A stretch of DNA of 64,000 nucleotides. Origin: an uncultured Solirubrobacteraceae bacterium (GTDB lineage Bacteria > Actinomycetota > Thermoleophilia > Solirubrobacterales > Solirubrobacteraceae). Shown piece by piece: positions 51,170 to 59,778 of the stretch. Positions within the stretch are counted from its first letter, which is position 1. Each line of letters starts with the position of its first letter. The notes beneath the pieces were generated by a model, which saw only the letters and a program-made list of their open reading frames with translations, did not search any database and had not been told where the DNA came from. The stretch lies in the NCBI GenBank assembly GCA_964588985.1, contig CAZPQW010000019.1, positions 4,632 through 68,631 of the forward strand, given 5' to 3'. A program made the translations under genes and the position numbers.

Positions 51170-54100
51170 ATGAGCGACGCTGGCGGCGCTGGCGCTCAAC
51201 TGCAGATGTCACGCCGCGCAAGAAGCGCCGTGCTCGGGATGCTGGGTGCGTGTGCGATCGGATCGTTGCTCATGAGTGCGCCTGCGCTCGCCCTCATCCA
51301 GCGCGGGCATGTCTTCAGTCCGTCCGCGTCGTTCGGCAGCAGCGGCTCCGGTGAAGGCCAGCTGTCGAGCCCGTCGGCCGTCGCCGTCAGCGAAGTGGGG
51401 GTCGCGGCGGGCGATGTGTACGTCGCCGATCGCGGCAACAACAGAGTCGAGCAGTTCGACTCATCGGGCAAATTCGTAGCTGCATGGGGCTGGGGCGTGA
51501 AGGACGGCGAAAAAGAAACCGAGGTCTGCACGAGCGGAGAAGGCTGCAAACCCGGTCTCGCGGGCGCGGGCAAAGGAAGCGAAGGCTTCCATCTCGGCAA
51601 AGGCCAGATCGTCTCGCCGATCGCGATCGCCGTGGACAACTCGAAATCCGCCTCGGCCGGCGACGTTTACGTGGTGGCTAGCGTCGTGCCGGAAAAGTCC
51701 TATGTGGACAAGTTCGGACCGAATGGCGAATACATCCGTCAGCTCACGAAGAAAGAAGAAACCGAATTCAACGGTCGCGTGGAGGGCGTGGCGGTCGATG
51801 GCAACGGTGTGGTGTGGGTCGATTGGAGCGAACAGGAGATCACCAACTTCACCGGTGCGGAACCGAACAAACGCGTGAACAAAGAAGTGGAACTCGAATC
51901 GGGTGTCGGCAACCTCCGGCCGGGTCTGGCGGCGGACTCCAGCGGGCATCTGTACGTGAACTCCGAACCGGCTGAACTCTTCGAACAGGGCACGGAAGGC
52001 ACCAGTGCCGAAGAAGGCACGGGCGAAGGCGGCGAAGAACCGTGCGAAGCGTCCCCCTGCTACGCCTCGAAGCTCGCCATGACGGGCGAAGAACCGGGCG
52101 CCGTGCTGACCTTGCACATGAACCACCAGAACACAAGCGGCATCGCTGCTGACCTTGGCACGAACGACGTCTACGTCGACAACCTCACGAGCGTGACCTC
52201 GTACAGCTCGACGGGACGGACGATCGAGCGCTTTGGCACAGGCGACCTGACGCACGCCGCCGGTCTCGCCGTTCACGCAGGCGACGGCGACGTCTACGTC
52301 GCGGACTCCGCGACGGGCAAAATCGATGTCTTCGTTCCCGAACCCGCCGCTGCCCCGAACGTCGACGAAATATCGGTCGGGAAGATCACGACCACAACGG
52401 CCGAACTCGGTGCCGAGGTCGACGCCAAAGGGGCCGAAACGACCGTCACCTTCCAATACGGCACCTCGAGCTGCTCGGGAGGGTCGTGCGTGTCCGTCCC
52501 AGCGTCCGAACCGACGATCCCGACGAGCTTCGGCGACCGCAGCAGGAGCATTCCGCTGGAAGGTCTCATCGCTGGCACCACCTACCACTACCGGGTCATC
52601 GCCAAAAACTCCTTCGGCACCTTGACGAGCGAAGAACGCACGTTCACGACGCAGTCCGCGACGTCGTTTGCGCTGCTCGACGGGCGGGGCTGGGAGCAGG
52701 TCTCGCCGTCCGCCAAGAACGGCGCAGGATTCGAATCGATCGCCAAGGAAGGCGGCGTGATCCAGGCATCCGTGGAAGGCAGCGGCATCACGTTCGTTGG
52801 CACGGGGCCGGACGAAGTCGAAACGGAAGGCAACCGCAGCCCGGAATTCACACAGATCCTCGCCAATCGCGTGACCAACGGCGAAGGCAAGGCTGAATGG
52901 ATCTCCAAGGACATCAACACGCCGAGCGACACCGCCACCGGGATTGAAGCTGGCAAGGCGCCGGAGTACCAGGCCTTCTCGCCCGACCTCTCAGCCGCGA
53001 TCGTCAGGCCCAAGTCGCCCGAACCGCTGCTTTCCGAAGAAGCCTCGGAAGTCACGCCGTATCTGCGCGAAAACGCGCACTGCGGGCCCGTGCCCTCGGC
53101 CTGCTACAAGCCGCTGGTAACAGGCAAGGAAGGCTATGCAAACGTGCCTTCGGGCACGAAATTCGGCGGCACCGTGAGCCGCGGACTCCAGCTTCTGTCG
53201 ACGGAACCCGACCTGCGTCACGTTGTCCTGCAGTCGGAAGTCCCGCTCACCGAAGAACCGGCCGCGGCCGGTCCAAACCTGTACGAGTGGAGCGAAGGCC
53301 ATCTCCAGCTGGTCAACGCGCTGCCGGGCGCCGGCGGCCCTGCGGTGGCGGCGAAGCTCGGTACGGATAACAACGGCGTCAGGCACGCGCTCGCCGACGG
53401 CGGTGCAAGGGTCTTCTGGACCGCCTCGACGGACGTCCCGCTCGAAGGAAGTCAGCGCCTCTACGTCCGCGACATGGTCAAGGAAGAAACCCTGCGGCTC
53501 GACATGCCCCAGGAAGGCGTCAAAGAACAGACCTCCGAAGGAGCTGGCTTTGCCGCCGCCAACGCGGAAGGCTCGCGGGTGTTCTTCACCGACGTCGAAC
53601 CGCTGACCCCTGGCGCGCGGGCCTCGCGCGAAGCGGGAGGCCCAGACCTGTACGCGTGCGACATCGGCGAACAGGCGGGCAAACTGACGTGCTCGCTGCA
53701 CGACCTGACCGAAGACACCGAAGCCGGTGGCGAAACGGCTGACGTCCAGGGCACCGTGCTCGGGGAGAGCGAAGACGGCTCGACGGTTTACTTCGTCGCA
53801 AACGGGGTGCTCGACAAAACCGCCAACGCGCAGAGCGAAAAAGCCACACCCGGCGAATGCGAACTCGACAACCGAGGCTCGCAGGCGACCTGCAACCTCT
53901 ACGTCGAGCACTACAACGCGGGCGAAGGCGCATGGGAAGCGCCGAGGTTCGTCGCGACGCTCTCAAACGAAGACGAACCGGACTGGTACAGCTTTGGCCA
54001 CGGCGGAGGTCTGACGGAAATGACCTCCCGCGTCTCGCCGAACGGCCGCTACCTGTCGTTCATGTCCGAGCGGAGCCTGACGGGGTACGACAACCGCGAC

Positions 54101-54955
54101 GTCAACAGCGGCGCTCTCGACGAGGAGGTCTTCCTCTACGACACGAGCAGCGGCAAGCTCGTGTGCGCCTCGTGCGACCCGACGCAGGGCCGACCGACGG
54201 GTGTCTTCGACACTGGGGAAGTCAGCGAAGAAGGCTTGGGGCTGCTCGTGGATCGCCCGGAAACCTGGGGCGGACGGTGGCTTGCCGGCAGCGTCCCCGG
54301 GTGGACCCCGGTGAGCGAGAACCGCTCCACGTATCAGTCGCGCTACCTGTCCGACAGCGGCAGGCTGTTCTTCAACAGCGCCGACCAGCTCGTCCCAGCA
54401 GACACGAACTCCAAGGAGGACGTCTACGAGTACGAGCCCGCGGGTCTCGGCTCGTGCGCCAGCGAAACGGGCTGTGTCGGGCTCCTCTCCTCCGGCAGGT
54501 CGGAAAAGGAATCTGCGTTCCTGGACGCGAGCGTCACGGGCAACGACGTGTTCTTCCTCACCGCTGGCGCGCTCGTCGCGGGCGACGCCGACACGAACTT
54601 CGATGTATACGACGCGCGAGTCTGCGGGCCGGGTGGCTGTGTGTCTTCGAGCAGCGAATCGAGCGCGACGTGCCAGGAAGTCGAAACCTGCCGTCCGGCG
54701 GCCCCCACCGAGCCGGTGTTCTCGAGTCCGGCGACCACGGCCCCTTCCGGCTCCAGCAACCTCACGCCTTCCCCGCCCGTGAAAACCCCGGTCAAAGTGG
54801 TCGTCAAACCGACCCGCACGCAACTGCTCGCGAAGGCGCTGAAGGCCTGCAAGAAGAACAAGAGCAAGCACAGGCGAGCGGTTTGCGAAAGGGCCGCGCG
54901 TAAGAAGTACGCCGCCAAGAAGGCGAGCAAGAGCACGCGCAGGAGAGGTCGATGA
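51170..54955 (+). CDS. Large secreted NHL-repeat / FN3-like / beta-propeller protein with a Lys-rich two-Cys tail
   Basis: Signal peptide (SAVLGMLGACAIGSLLMSAPALA). About six NHL-type blades (GDVYVADRGNNRVEQFDSSGKF and others). An FN3-like segment (TTYHYRVIAKNSFG). TolB-like blades (SPNGRYLSFMS, DVYEYEP). Start 51170 (gagggag RBS) or 51206. Confidence 0.8.
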   Translation: MSDAGGAGAQLQMSRRARSAVLGMLGACAIGSLLMSAPALALIQRGHVFSPSASFGSSGSGEGQLSSPSAVAVSEVGVAAGDVYVADRGNNRVEQFDSSGKFVAAWGWGVKDGEKETEVCTSGEGCKPGLAGAGKGSEGFHLGKGQIVSPIAIAVDNSKSASAGDVYVVASVVPEKSYVDKFGPNGEYIRQLTKKEETEFNGRVEGVAVDGNGVVWVDWSEQEITNFTGAEPNKRVNKEVELESGVGNLRPGLAADSSGHLYVNSEPAELFEQGTEGTSAEEGTGEGGEEPCEASPCYASKLAMTGEEPGAVLTLHMNHQNTSGIAADLGTNDVYVDNLTSVTSYSSTGRTIERFGTGDLTHAAGLAVHAGDGDVYVADSATGKIDVFVPEPAAAPNVDEISVGKITTTTAELGAEVDAKGAETTVTFQYGTSSCSGGSCVSVPASEPTIPTSFGDRSRSIPLEGLIAGTTYHYRVIAKNSFGTLTSEERTFTTQSATSFALLDGRGWEQVSPSAKNGAGFESIAKEGGVIQASVEGSGITFVGTGPDEVETEGNRSPEFTQILANRVTNGEGKAEWISKDINTPSDTATGIEAGKAPEYQAFSPDLSAAIVRPKSPEPLLSEEASEVTPYLRENAHCGPVPSACYKPLVTGKEGYANVPSGTKFGGTVSRGLQLLSTEPDLRHVVLQSEVPLTEEPAAAGPNLYEWSEGHLQLVNALPGAGGPAVAAKLGTDNNGVRHALADGGARVFWTASTDVPLEGSQRLYVRDMVKEETLRLDMPQEGVKEQTSEGAGFAAANAEGSRVFFTDVEPLTPGARASREAGGPDLYACDIGEQAGKLTCSLHDLTEDTEAGGETADVQGTVLGESEDGSTVYFVANGVLDKTANAQSEKATPGECELDNRGSQATCNLYVEHYNAGEGAWEAPRFVATLSNEDEPDWYSFGHGGGLTEMTSRVSPNGRYLSFMSERSLTGYDNRDVNSGALDEEVFLYDTSSGKLVCASCDPTQGRPTGVFDTGEVSEEGLGLLVDRPETWGGRWLAGSVPGWTPVSENRSTYQSRYLSDSGRLFFNSADQLVPADTNSKEDVYEYEPAGLGSCASETGCVGLLSSGRSEKESAFLDASVTGNDVFFLTAGALVAGDADTNFDVYDARVCGPGGCVSSSSESSATCQEVETCRPAAPTEPVFSSPATTAPSGSSNLTPSPPVKTPVKVVVKPTRTQLLAKALKACKKNKSKHRRAVCERAARKKYAAKKASKSTRRRGR

Positions 54956-57900
54956 CGAGCGCTCGCTCTCGCGGTCGACGGCTCCTCGGTCTCCTCGTGG
55001 CCCTGTGTTCGAGCGTGACGCTCGTGGCGGCGTTCGGCGCCGCGCCGGCACTCGCGGCGGGATCGTGGTGGAGCCTGACCTCCAGTGCGGCGCCGACGAA
55101 CCTGTCGCCGACAGAAGAAGGCCAGATACTCGTGATGGCCACCAACCGCGGTTATGCGGACGCGAAAGCCAGCGCCGGACACCCGCTCAAGGTGATAGAC
55201 CACCTGCCGGTCGGGCTCGAAGTCGGTGCCGAAGGCGCGCGGGCCGTGTTCCTCAGCCTTCCGATCAGCTGTCCGGTGGCGACCGGACAGACCGTTGTGT
55301 GCGAACTGCCACAGGCGGTCCCCGCGGGGGAAGACCTGGAAATCAAAATCGGAGTGAAGGCAACGGTTCCCAGCGGTACGACCTTGAGCAACGAACTCGT
55401 GATCGAAGGCGGCGAAGGCCAAGCGGTCACGCCGCCTGTGAAAGCTCCGGTGCGCGTGGACAGCGCCGCGACCCAGTTCGGTGTCGAAAAGTACGAACTG
55501 AAGCCGGAAGGCGAAGACGGTTCCGTCGACGCGCAGGCCGGCTCTCACCCGTTCCAGCTCACGACCACGTTCAACCTCAACAAGACGATCGAATTCAACA
55601 CCAACTACAAACACCTCGAAGCGACCGCTCCGATCCTCCCTCGCGATCTGCGCTTCGTGCTGCCGCCAGGCCTGCTCGGCAACATCACGGTCGTGCCTCA
55701 GTGCTCGGGCGTCGACTTCGCCACGATCGGCCAGGAGGACATCAACCTGTGTCCCTCCGACACCGCCATCGGCACCGCGCGAGTGACGATCAACGAACCT
55801 ACGGTGTTCGGAGGTGCGCTCACCGAAGCGGTCCCGGTCTTCAACCTGGCGCCCGAAAAAGGCGAACCCGCCCGCTTCGGTCTCGAGATCGACAAAGTGC
55901 CCGTCGTCTTCAACACCGCTGTGCGAACCGGCAGCGACTACGCCGTCGAAGTCAGCGTCGACAACGCGTCGCAGGCCGCGGCGCTGCTCAGCACCGAGGT
56001 GACGTTCTGGGGTGTGCCCGGGGACCCTCGTCACGACCAGTCACGTGGATGGGAGTGCATCGGTCACGGGCACTTCGTCGCCAAAGCCGAACCGGCGACG
56101 CCATGCGAACCGCTGGAAGAAACCAGCCCGCCGGCCTTCCTCACGCTGCCGACGTCCTGCTCGAGCACGCCGGTCACCACGGTCACCGGCGACTCGTGGC
56201 CCACCGGCCCGAGCCGCACCGTGAGCCAGCTTGCCGCCAGCTACGAATTCCCATCGGCGCTTCAGAACTGCGACCTGCTCGGCTTCTCACCCGCGATCAG
56301 CGTGGAACCGGAAACCCATGCGGCGAACGAACCGAGCGGACTGGCTGTCGACGTGACGGTGCCGCAGGCGTCGACGATCTCCGCCACCGAACTGGCCGAG
56401 GCCGACGCCAAGGAAGCCACCGTGGCGCTGCCCGCGGGCGTGCTCGCGAGTCCCGGCGCCGCCAACGGGCTGCAGGCGTGCTTCACCACGAGCATCGGTC
56501 TCGAAGCCGGGTTCTCCGAACCGAGCCAGCTCGAAAACGACCACTTCAACGCGGGCGCGGCGTCATGCCCCGACGGCTCGAAGATCGGCACCGCGGTGAT
56601 CGAAACGCCGCTGCTCAAAAACCCGCTCGCTGGTTTCGTCTATCTCGCCAACCAGGACACGAACCTGGTGGAAGAAAAGCTGGTGCTGTATCTGGTCGCC
56701 GAAGACCCGGTCTCGGGCGTGCGCGTGAAGCTCGCGGGCGACGTGCACGTGGATCCGACGACCGGCCAGCTCGTCTCGACGTTCAAGAACACCCCGCCCG
56801 AGCCGTTCTCCGAGCTGAAGCTGAGCTTCTTCGGTGGAGGCCGCGCGTCGCAGTCAACGCCCGCGCAGTGCGGTACCTACACGACCCACGCGACGTTCGT
56901 CCCCTGGTCGGGGACCTCGCCGGCGCCCGTGTCCTCGAGCTTCGAAATCACCTCCGGACCGAAGGGCACGGCCTGCGCCAACCCGCAGCCGTTCGCTCCG
57001 TCCTTCCAGGCCGGCTCGGTCGACAACCGGGCGGGCGCGTTCACGAACTTCTCGCTGACGATCGGCCACGCCGACACCGACCAGTGGCTGCAGGCGCTGA
57101 CCGTCCACCTGCCGTCGGGCGTCGCCGCGCTGCTCTCCACGGTCACGCCGTGCCCCGAACCCGCCGCGGGTCAGGAATGGGCGTGCGGGCCGGAAAGCCT
57201 GATCGGGCACTCGACCGCGAGCTCGGGCCTCGGCGAAGACCCGTTCACGCTCGGGGGCAGCGTGTATCTCACCGTGGGCTACGACAAAGCGCCGTTCGGC
57301 CTGCTGGTGGTCACGCCCGCGGACGCCGGCCCGTTCCACCTCGGCAACGTGGACGTGCGCTCGCGCATCGAAGTCGACCCGACCACGGCGGCGGTGACGA
57401 TCGTCAGCGATCCGTTCCCGACATACGTGAAGGGCGTGCCGGTGCAGCTCAAACAGATCAACGTGACCGTCGATCGCCCCGGCTTCGAGTTCAACCCCAC
57501 CAACTGCAACCAGATGGCGATCACCGGATCTCTCAGCAGTACTGGGGGGCTCAGCGAGTCGGTCTCCTCGCCCTTCCAGGTCGCAAACTGCGCGACGCTC
57601 CCGTTCAGCCCGAAGCTGACCGCGAGCACACAGGCGCAGGCGAGCAAAGCGAACGGAGCGGCGCTCAACGTCAAGGTCGAATCGACGGGGCTCGGACAGG
57701 CGAACATCGCGAAGGTCGACCTGCAGCTGCCGGTCGCGCTGCCGTCGCGCCTGTCGACGATCCAGAAAGCGTGCCTCGAAGTGGTCTTCAAGGCCAACCC
57801 GGCCGCGTGTGACGAAGGCTCGAACATCGGCTACGCCACGATCCACACGCCGGTACTCAAGGACCCGCTCACCGGGCCCGCGTATCTCGTCGCCAAGGGC

Positions 57901-58353
57901 GGCGCGGCGTTCCCCGACGTGGAGTTCGTGCTCCAGGGCGAAGGGATCCTGCTGATCCTCGACGGCAAGACGGACATCAAAAAAGGCATCACCTACTCGC
58001 GCTTCGAAGCCACCCCCGACGCGCCCTTCACGACCTTCGAAACGGTCCTGCCGACCGGGCCGCACTCCGCGCTCACAGCTTACGTCCCCGCCAGCCGCAA
58101 CTTCAACGTGTGCGGCACGAAGCTGGAAATGCCCACCGAAATCGTCGGCCAGAACGGCGCGGTGATCAGGCAGACCACGAACATCGTCGCCAACGGCTGC
58201 GCCGCCTCTCACCCGCTTACCCGCGCCCAGCTGCTCGCGAAGGCGCTCAAGACGTGCAGGAAGGCCAAGAAGAAGAGCAAGCGCGTCAGCTGCGAAAAGC
58301 AGGCCCGCAAGAAGTACGGGCCGAAGGCCAAGAAGGCGAAGAAGAAGCATTAA
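54952..58353 (+). CDS. Large secreted beta-sandwich-rich protein (adhesin-like) with the same Lys-rich two-Cys tail
   Basis: ATGA overlap with the upstream stop. Signal peptide LLGLLVALCSSVTLVAAFGAAPALA. The N-terminal TNLSP..GQILVMATNRGYA resembles DUF11/CARDB-type repeats. No LPXTG motif. Confidence 0.8.
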   Translation: MTSARSRGRRLLGLLVALCSSVTLVAAFGAAPALAAGSWWSLTSSAAPTNLSPTEEGQILVMATNRGYADAKASAGHPLKVIDHLPVGLEVGAEGARAVFLSLPISCPVATGQTVVCELPQAVPAGEDLEIKIGVKATVPSGTTLSNELVIEGGEGQAVTPPVKAPVRVDSAATQFGVEKYELKPEGEDGSVDAQAGSHPFQLTTTFNLNKTIEFNTNYKHLEATAPILPRDLRFVLPPGLLGNITVVPQCSGVDFATIGQEDINLCPSDTAIGTARVTINEPTVFGGALTEAVPVFNLAPEKGEPARFGLEIDKVPVVFNTAVRTGSDYAVEVSVDNASQAAALLSTEVTFWGVPGDPRHDQSRGWECIGHGHFVAKAEPATPCEPLEETSPPAFLTLPTSCSSTPVTTVTGDSWPTGPSRTVSQLAASYEFPSALQNCDLLGFSPAISVEPETHAANEPSGLAVDVTVPQASTISATELAEADAKEATVALPAGVLASPGAANGLQACFTTSIGLEAGFSEPSQLENDHFNAGAASCPDGSKIGTAVIETPLLKNPLAGFVYLANQDTNLVEEKLVLYLVAEDPVSGVRVKLAGDVHVDPTTGQLVSTFKNTPPEPFSELKLSFFGGGRASQSTPAQCGTYTTHATFVPWSGTSPAPVSSSFEITSGPKGTACANPQPFAPSFQAGSVDNRAGAFTNFSLTIGHADTDQWLQALTVHLPSGVAALLSTVTPCPEPAAGQEWACGPESLIGHSTASSGLGEDPFTLGGSVYLTVGYDKAPFGLLVVTPADAGPFHLGNVDVRSRIEVDPTTAAVTIVSDPFPTYVKGVPVQLKQINVTVDRPGFEFNPTNCNQMAITGSLSSTGGLSESVSSPFQVANCATLPFSPKLTASTQAQASKANGAALNVKVESTGLGQANIAKVDLQLPVALPSRLSTIQKACLEVVFKANPAACDEGSNIGYATIHTPVLKDPLTGPAYLVAKGGAAFPDVEFVLQGEGILLILDGKTDIKKGITYSRFEATPDAPFTTFETVLPTGPHSALTAYVPASRNFNVCGTKLEMPTEIVGQNGAVIRQTTNIVANGCAASHPLTRAQLLAKALKTCRKAKKKSKRVSCEKQARKKYGPKAKKAKKKH

Positions 58354-58400
58354 TAGGAGCGGCCACGCGCGCGCTCTGCCGTGCCACGGCCTGCCCCGAG

Positions 58401-59030
58401 TTACCCCGGTTCGTTATCCAGGGAGCGCCACAGATACCGGCACGCGAGCGTCCGGTGCGGGCGCCACGGCTCGGCGATCAGCTCCATCGCCGCGGGCGCG
58501 GGCAGCGCATCGAGGCCGTAGGCCCGTTCGATCGCGCGGCGGATGCCGAGGTCGCCCACCGGAAGCACGTCCGGTCGCTCGAGCTGGAACATCAGGAACA
58601 TGTGCGCGGTCCACACGCCGAGTCCCTTGACCGCGACCAGCTCCGCGATCGCCTGCTCGTCGCTGAGCTCGTCGAGGCGATCGAGCTCCAGCTCGCCCGA
58701 GATGACGTGTTCGGCGAGCGAGCGCAGGTAGCTCACCTTGGCGCGCGAGAAGCCCGCCGCGGCGCGCAGCTCTTCTGGGTCGTCGGCGAGGATCTCCTGC
58801 GGCGTTGGAGCCCTGTCTTCGAAGCGCGCGGTGAGCCGGTTGTAGATCGAGCGCGCCGCCTTCACCGACAGCTGCTGGCCGGCGATCGCGCGCACGAGCG
58901 CGCCGTAGTGGTCGCTCTGGTCCGGACGTCCCTCTCGCGCGTCGCCGAGCGGGCCGACCGCGTCGATCAGCCCCGCGAGAACCGGGTCGGACTTGCGCAG
59001 GTGCGCCAAGCCCTTGGGTCTGCCCGCCAC
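58401..59030 (-). CDS. DNA-3-methyladenine glycosylase II (HhH-GPD, AlkA-like)
   Basis: LVAVKGLGVWTAHMFLMF hairpin-helix-hairpin and a downstream Asp. Start set to GTG 59030, after the upstream stop. Confidence 0.85.
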   Translation of the reverse strand: MAGRPKGLAHLRKSDPVLAGLIDAVGPLGDAREGRPDQSDHYGALVRAIAGQQLSVKAARSIYNRLTARFEDRAPTPQEILADDPEELRAAAGFSRAKVSYLRSLAEHVISGELELDRLDELSDEQAIAELVAVKGLGVWTAHMFLMFQLERPDVLPVGDLGIRRAIERAYGLDALPAPAAMELIAEPWRPHRTLACRYLWRSLDNEPG

Positions 59031-59038
59031 GGCCGGCC

Positions 59039-59737
59039 TCAGGCCGACAGCTCGGTCGCGAGCGCCACCGGCTCGCCGTCGAGCGCGTTCAGCGCGCGCT
59101 CCAGCGACATCGCCAGGCACGTGAAGCTGGGGGTGTCGCGGACGGTGTAGCGCGACGCCTCGGTGGTGCGCAGCTGCTGCACGAGGTCGAGGAACGTGCC
59201 CACGTCGTCGGTGTCGAACGCGACCACGAACTCCTGATCGTCGAGGCCGAACGAGTACGTGGTGTGGTTGTCCACGCCGGGGTATTCGCGGCCTACCTGG
59301 ATGTGGCCCTGCATGATCCTCCATCGCTCCTCCGCGGGCAGCGCGTACCACTCGCGCGACTTCACGAACGGGTACACGAACACGTACTTGCCGCGGAACC
59401 CGCGCACCACGTTGCGCTCGTCGTCGGAGTACTCCGAGCTCTTGCGCATGCCGAGGAACGAGTGGGGGATGCTCGCCCACTGCATCAACCCGCTCTGCAG
59501 CAGCACCACGTGGAACTCGTGGATACGGTCGAGGTTCTCAGCCTCGGAGACGAGCAGCAGCTCGGCGTCCCCGCGCGTGCCCACGAGCGAGAAGCTCTGC
59601 AGCATGTGGCCGTCGGCGAAGTCCTCGCACGCAGCCGCGAACTCGCGCTTGTCCTGCGCACGTCGCTCACCGTCGAGGCGCCGCCACGCCGGGTCGAGCT
59701 GCAGGAACGTGTACTTCACGAAGCGGCGTGTGGCCAT
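59039..59737 (-). CDS. hemQ: Chlorite-dismutase-family coproheme decarboxylase (HemQ/ChdC-like)
   Basis: YTFLQLDPAWRRL..., YVFVYPFVKSREWY, VAFDTDD pattern. Confidence 0.8.
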   Translation of the reverse strand: MATRRFVKYTFLQLDPAWRRLDGERRAQDKREFAAACEDFADGHMLQSFSLVGTRGDAELLLVSEAENLDRIHEFHVVLLQSGLMQWASIPHSFLGMRKSSEYSDDERNVVRGFRGKYVFVYPFVKSREWYALPAEERWRIMQGHIQVGREYPGVDNHTTYSFGLDDQEFVVAFDTDDVGTFLDLVQQLRTTEASRYTVRDTPSFTCLAMSLERALNALDGEPVALATELSA

Positions 59738-59778
59738 ATACCGATTATCGCACCGCCGCGGCAGATAAAGTACCCGCT

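Noticed and set aside
51461-58350. Series of long minus-strand ORFs (51461..52588, 52991..53911, 53963..55051, 54424..56034, 56854..58350)
   Set aside because: They are antisense to the two giant secreted-protein genes. They lack start contexts and motifs, and their existence is explained by stop-codon-poor complementary strands.
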